This document shows, piece by piece, positions 62,701 through 64,000 of a stretch of DNA of 64,000 nt (the first letter of the stretch is position 1; each line of letters begins with the position of its first letter). The stretch is from Heterodontus francisci (lineage: Eukaryota). The notes beneath the pieces are model-generated. The model had not been told where the DNA came from and made no database searches. It was given only the letters and a program-made list of their open reading frames with translations. Position numbers and translations under genes: made by a program. The stretch lies in the NCBI RefSeq assembly GCF_036365525.1, contig NC_090387.1, positions 90,003,691 through 90,067,690 on the forward strand. The letters are read 5' to 3'.

Positions 62701-63679
62701 TACAGTTGTCCCAGACTCCCCACTGTCACCCTGTGCTATTTCAATCCCATCAATTCGAAAATTGCGACACAGATTTTCCAATTATGCCCAATTTCATAAC
62801 ATGATCTAAATGGTTTTTCCTATTTTTGCTGCAACAAATATGTAGCTTCCAGTATATAAGCCTTGACAGCTGCAGGTTATTTCAAGCAGTGAGTCATGTT
62901 AATGGACTACAGGGATGAGCTTTGATCCCTCATATTTGGTAATTTTCTAGACCTGGAAATTGCATGGGGTTTCCATAACTTAATGGAATACTCTCAGAGA
63001 ACTGGCCAAAAGAGCGTTTTCAGCCATTTCCCCTATTTCTCCGGGGATTCTCGTAATCACGAAGCCAAGTGAGATCAGGAAACGGGTTGTAGCTCTGTGG
63101 AGTTCTGAAGACAGATTTTCACGAAAAAGCGTTTGGGCGTTCAGCAATAAACGCACGTGCAGCACACAAACGTCAATCTGGTTGGTAGGATCGCACTTCC
63201 CAATGAATGTATTTATATCAATTTCAATGGTGGGAAAATACATCGGGTCCTGTTGCCAGCAGCGCCTTCGCCGGAGTTTCCATTCTGCGCTCAGGGCTGG
63301 CGATGCTTAAAGCCCAGTCGCTAAAGACCAGACCCTCTTTTCACTGCCCCACCAACTGTTTATTTTTGTAAATAAGACTCATTCCGCCTGCTGGGCACTG
63401 ATGGCGCAGGCAGACACAGAGCAGCAGTGACTGATATCGCATCCATTCAGTTAATGGATGGACTATGGAGTTGCATTTTCCGTCCCTACTCGCATCCTTC
63501 TGCACACGGAGAGCCCAACCGAATTTATCTGACAACATAACAAGATATATATGTTTGTCCTTCAGTCCATGCAGGGCGCAGCCGATGTGATGGCGCCTTA
63601 TGCTGAACTCGAGATAACGAATTCCTTGAAAGCTCCAAGACCAAAGCATCAAGAAAGGACAACGCATGCCCAGATAGGG
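53654..63679 (+). CDS. Gene C: non-rearranging VJ-C1 IgSF membrane receptor, putative inhibitory type (SIRP-like tail), 3' incomplete; exons 53654-53708, 53869-54189, 55191-55502, 57223-57333, 59117-59157, 63566-63679
   Basis: Six GT-AG exons with intron phases 1,1,1,1,0,0 giving 954 nt (318 codons) without a stop. The terminal ITIM exon is predicted about 350 bp beyond the window by homology with 7074-7241. Confidence 0.88.
53869..54189 (+). CDS. Gene C exon 2, V-set Ig domain with germline-joined J-like strand
   Basis: Acceptor ttttccgatag, donor G|gtaagg. VKVTQLPEST...NVSFHC...VSWWK...[32 protein letters not shown]; 46/107 identical to gene A V with no gaps (hand count). Confidence 0.94.
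55191..55502 (+). CDS. Gene C exon 3, C1-set Ig domain
   Basis: Acceptor atttttttag, donor AG|gtaaga. VPPTPLKI...[20 protein letters not shown]...DGLYEASS...YTCLVSH. Confidence 0.93.
55520..56600 (-). mobile_element. Old CR1 3' fragment in a gene C intron
   Basis: SLKVAEQVNK...GIGYKNRE remnant; ccagaactgtgcacaata. Confidence 0.7.
56664..57105 (-). mobile_element. Deu-SINE (SacSINE1-like)
   Basis: Reverse complement of the 6535 family including head and ttgcatttatata tail. Confidence 0.78.
57223..57333 (+). CDS. Gene C exon 4, transmembrane (GDEITRYLLISASAGGGLVLSMLALIIVNRCLSKKNN)
   Basis: Acceptor catcttgtag, donor G|gtgaga, phase 1-1; about 22 uncharged hydrophobic/small residues followed by a basic stop-transfer segment. 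Confidence 0.87.
57494..58270. mobile_element. GC-rich MITE, possibly Harbinger-derived
   Basis: Imperfect termini gagtggaattttcc / ggaaattctgccc and internal quasi-symmetry. Confidence 0.4.
58520..59045 (+). mobile_element. CR1 3' fragment
   Basis: RGFEYRSRDVLLQL...LEYCVQFWSPYLRKD. Confidence 0.85.
59117..59157 (+). CDS. Gene C exon 5, small cytoplasmic exon (GVQNDGARSNSPEQ)
   Basis: Acceptor ttcgtcaacag, donor CAG|gtaggt. 41 nt converts phase 1 to phase 0, as the next exon requires; lies in a unique island between LINE fragments. Confidence 0.7.
59330..61530 (+). mobile_element. Degraded CR1 fragments (paralogous to 1473-4930)
   Basis: RVGPIK...LNEYFVSV and RT remnants. Confidence 0.8.
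63566..63679 (+). CDS. Gene C exon 6, cytoplasmic tyrosine-motif exon (SMQGAADVMAPYAELEITNSLKAPRPKHQERTTHAQIG)
   Basis: Acceptor tttgtccttcag, donor GGG|gtgagt, 114 nt, phase 0-0; YAEL motif; aligns with the ITIM exon at 7074. Confidence 0.78.
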
Positions 63680-63804
63680 GTGAGTAGCCGAACAAAGAGA
63701 CACGGAATGCCTGTAATTAACAAGTAAAACGGTGAAGCGTATGAAATACCTTAATAGTGCTGTTGTACTTAACACTAATTCTGCCAGGCTTTGGCAATAT
63801 TGGT

Positions 63805-64000
63805 TGTGTCAGCTGTTACTCAGTTGGTAGAACTCTGGCATCAAACTCAGAAGGTTCTGGGATCATCGTCGCACTCTAGAGACTTGAGCATTTAGTGTAG
63901 GTTGTCACTTCAGTGCAGTACTGAGGGATATCTGCTCTGTTGGGGGTTTCATCTTTCGAATGGGACGTTGGACTGAGGTTTTGGTTCCTTCTTTTTAAGA
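63805..64000 (+). mobile_element. Deu-SINE 5' part (paralog of 6535)
   Basis: ctcagttggtag...gtgcagtactgaggga. Confidence 0.7.

Larger units (their letters stand above)
59687..64000 (+). repeat. Segmental duplication copy 2 (paralogous to 1473-6724)
   Basis: Colinear with copy 1 apart from a few large indels. Confidence 0.9.

Noticed and set aside
63341-63775. 144-aa minus-strand ORF
   Set aside because: No domain; it overlaps the better supported plus-strand cytoplasmic exon 63566-63679.

Overview
Repeat-rich vertebrate DNA, very probably from a shark (HE1/V-SINE-like and Deu-SINE-like SINEs, CR1 LINEs, Penelope, RTE, Harbinger). Most long ORFs in the supplied track are LINE fragments or their antisense shadows. 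The genic signal is a cluster of non-rearranging immunoglobulin-superfamily receptor genes with the layout leader - germline-joined VJ-type domain - C1-set domain - TM - tail, which I assembled by hand from phase-consistent GT-AG exons. Gene A (- strand, 36224..32451) has an Arg at the start of its TM and a very short tail without tyrosine, so it looks activating. Gene C (+ strand, from 53654, running off the window) has an uncharged TM and tyrosine-motif cytoplasmic exons, so it looks inhibitory; it lies head-to-head with A. Gene B is represented by an ITIM/ITSM terminal exon (7074..7241, +) at the end of a segmental duplicate of the 3' part of gene C. The cluster reads as a paired activating/inhibitory receptor family with antigen-receptor-like ectodomains and SIRP-like tails. 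The tail is built from duplicated tyrosine-motif exons, and one was lost from gene B by a microhomology-bounded deletion. Other points: fold-back Penelope insertions with hammerhead-like motifs, a solo LTR, and two inverted CR1 copies sharing a premature stop. Family names and species are inferred without database searches, and repeat boundaries are approximate.
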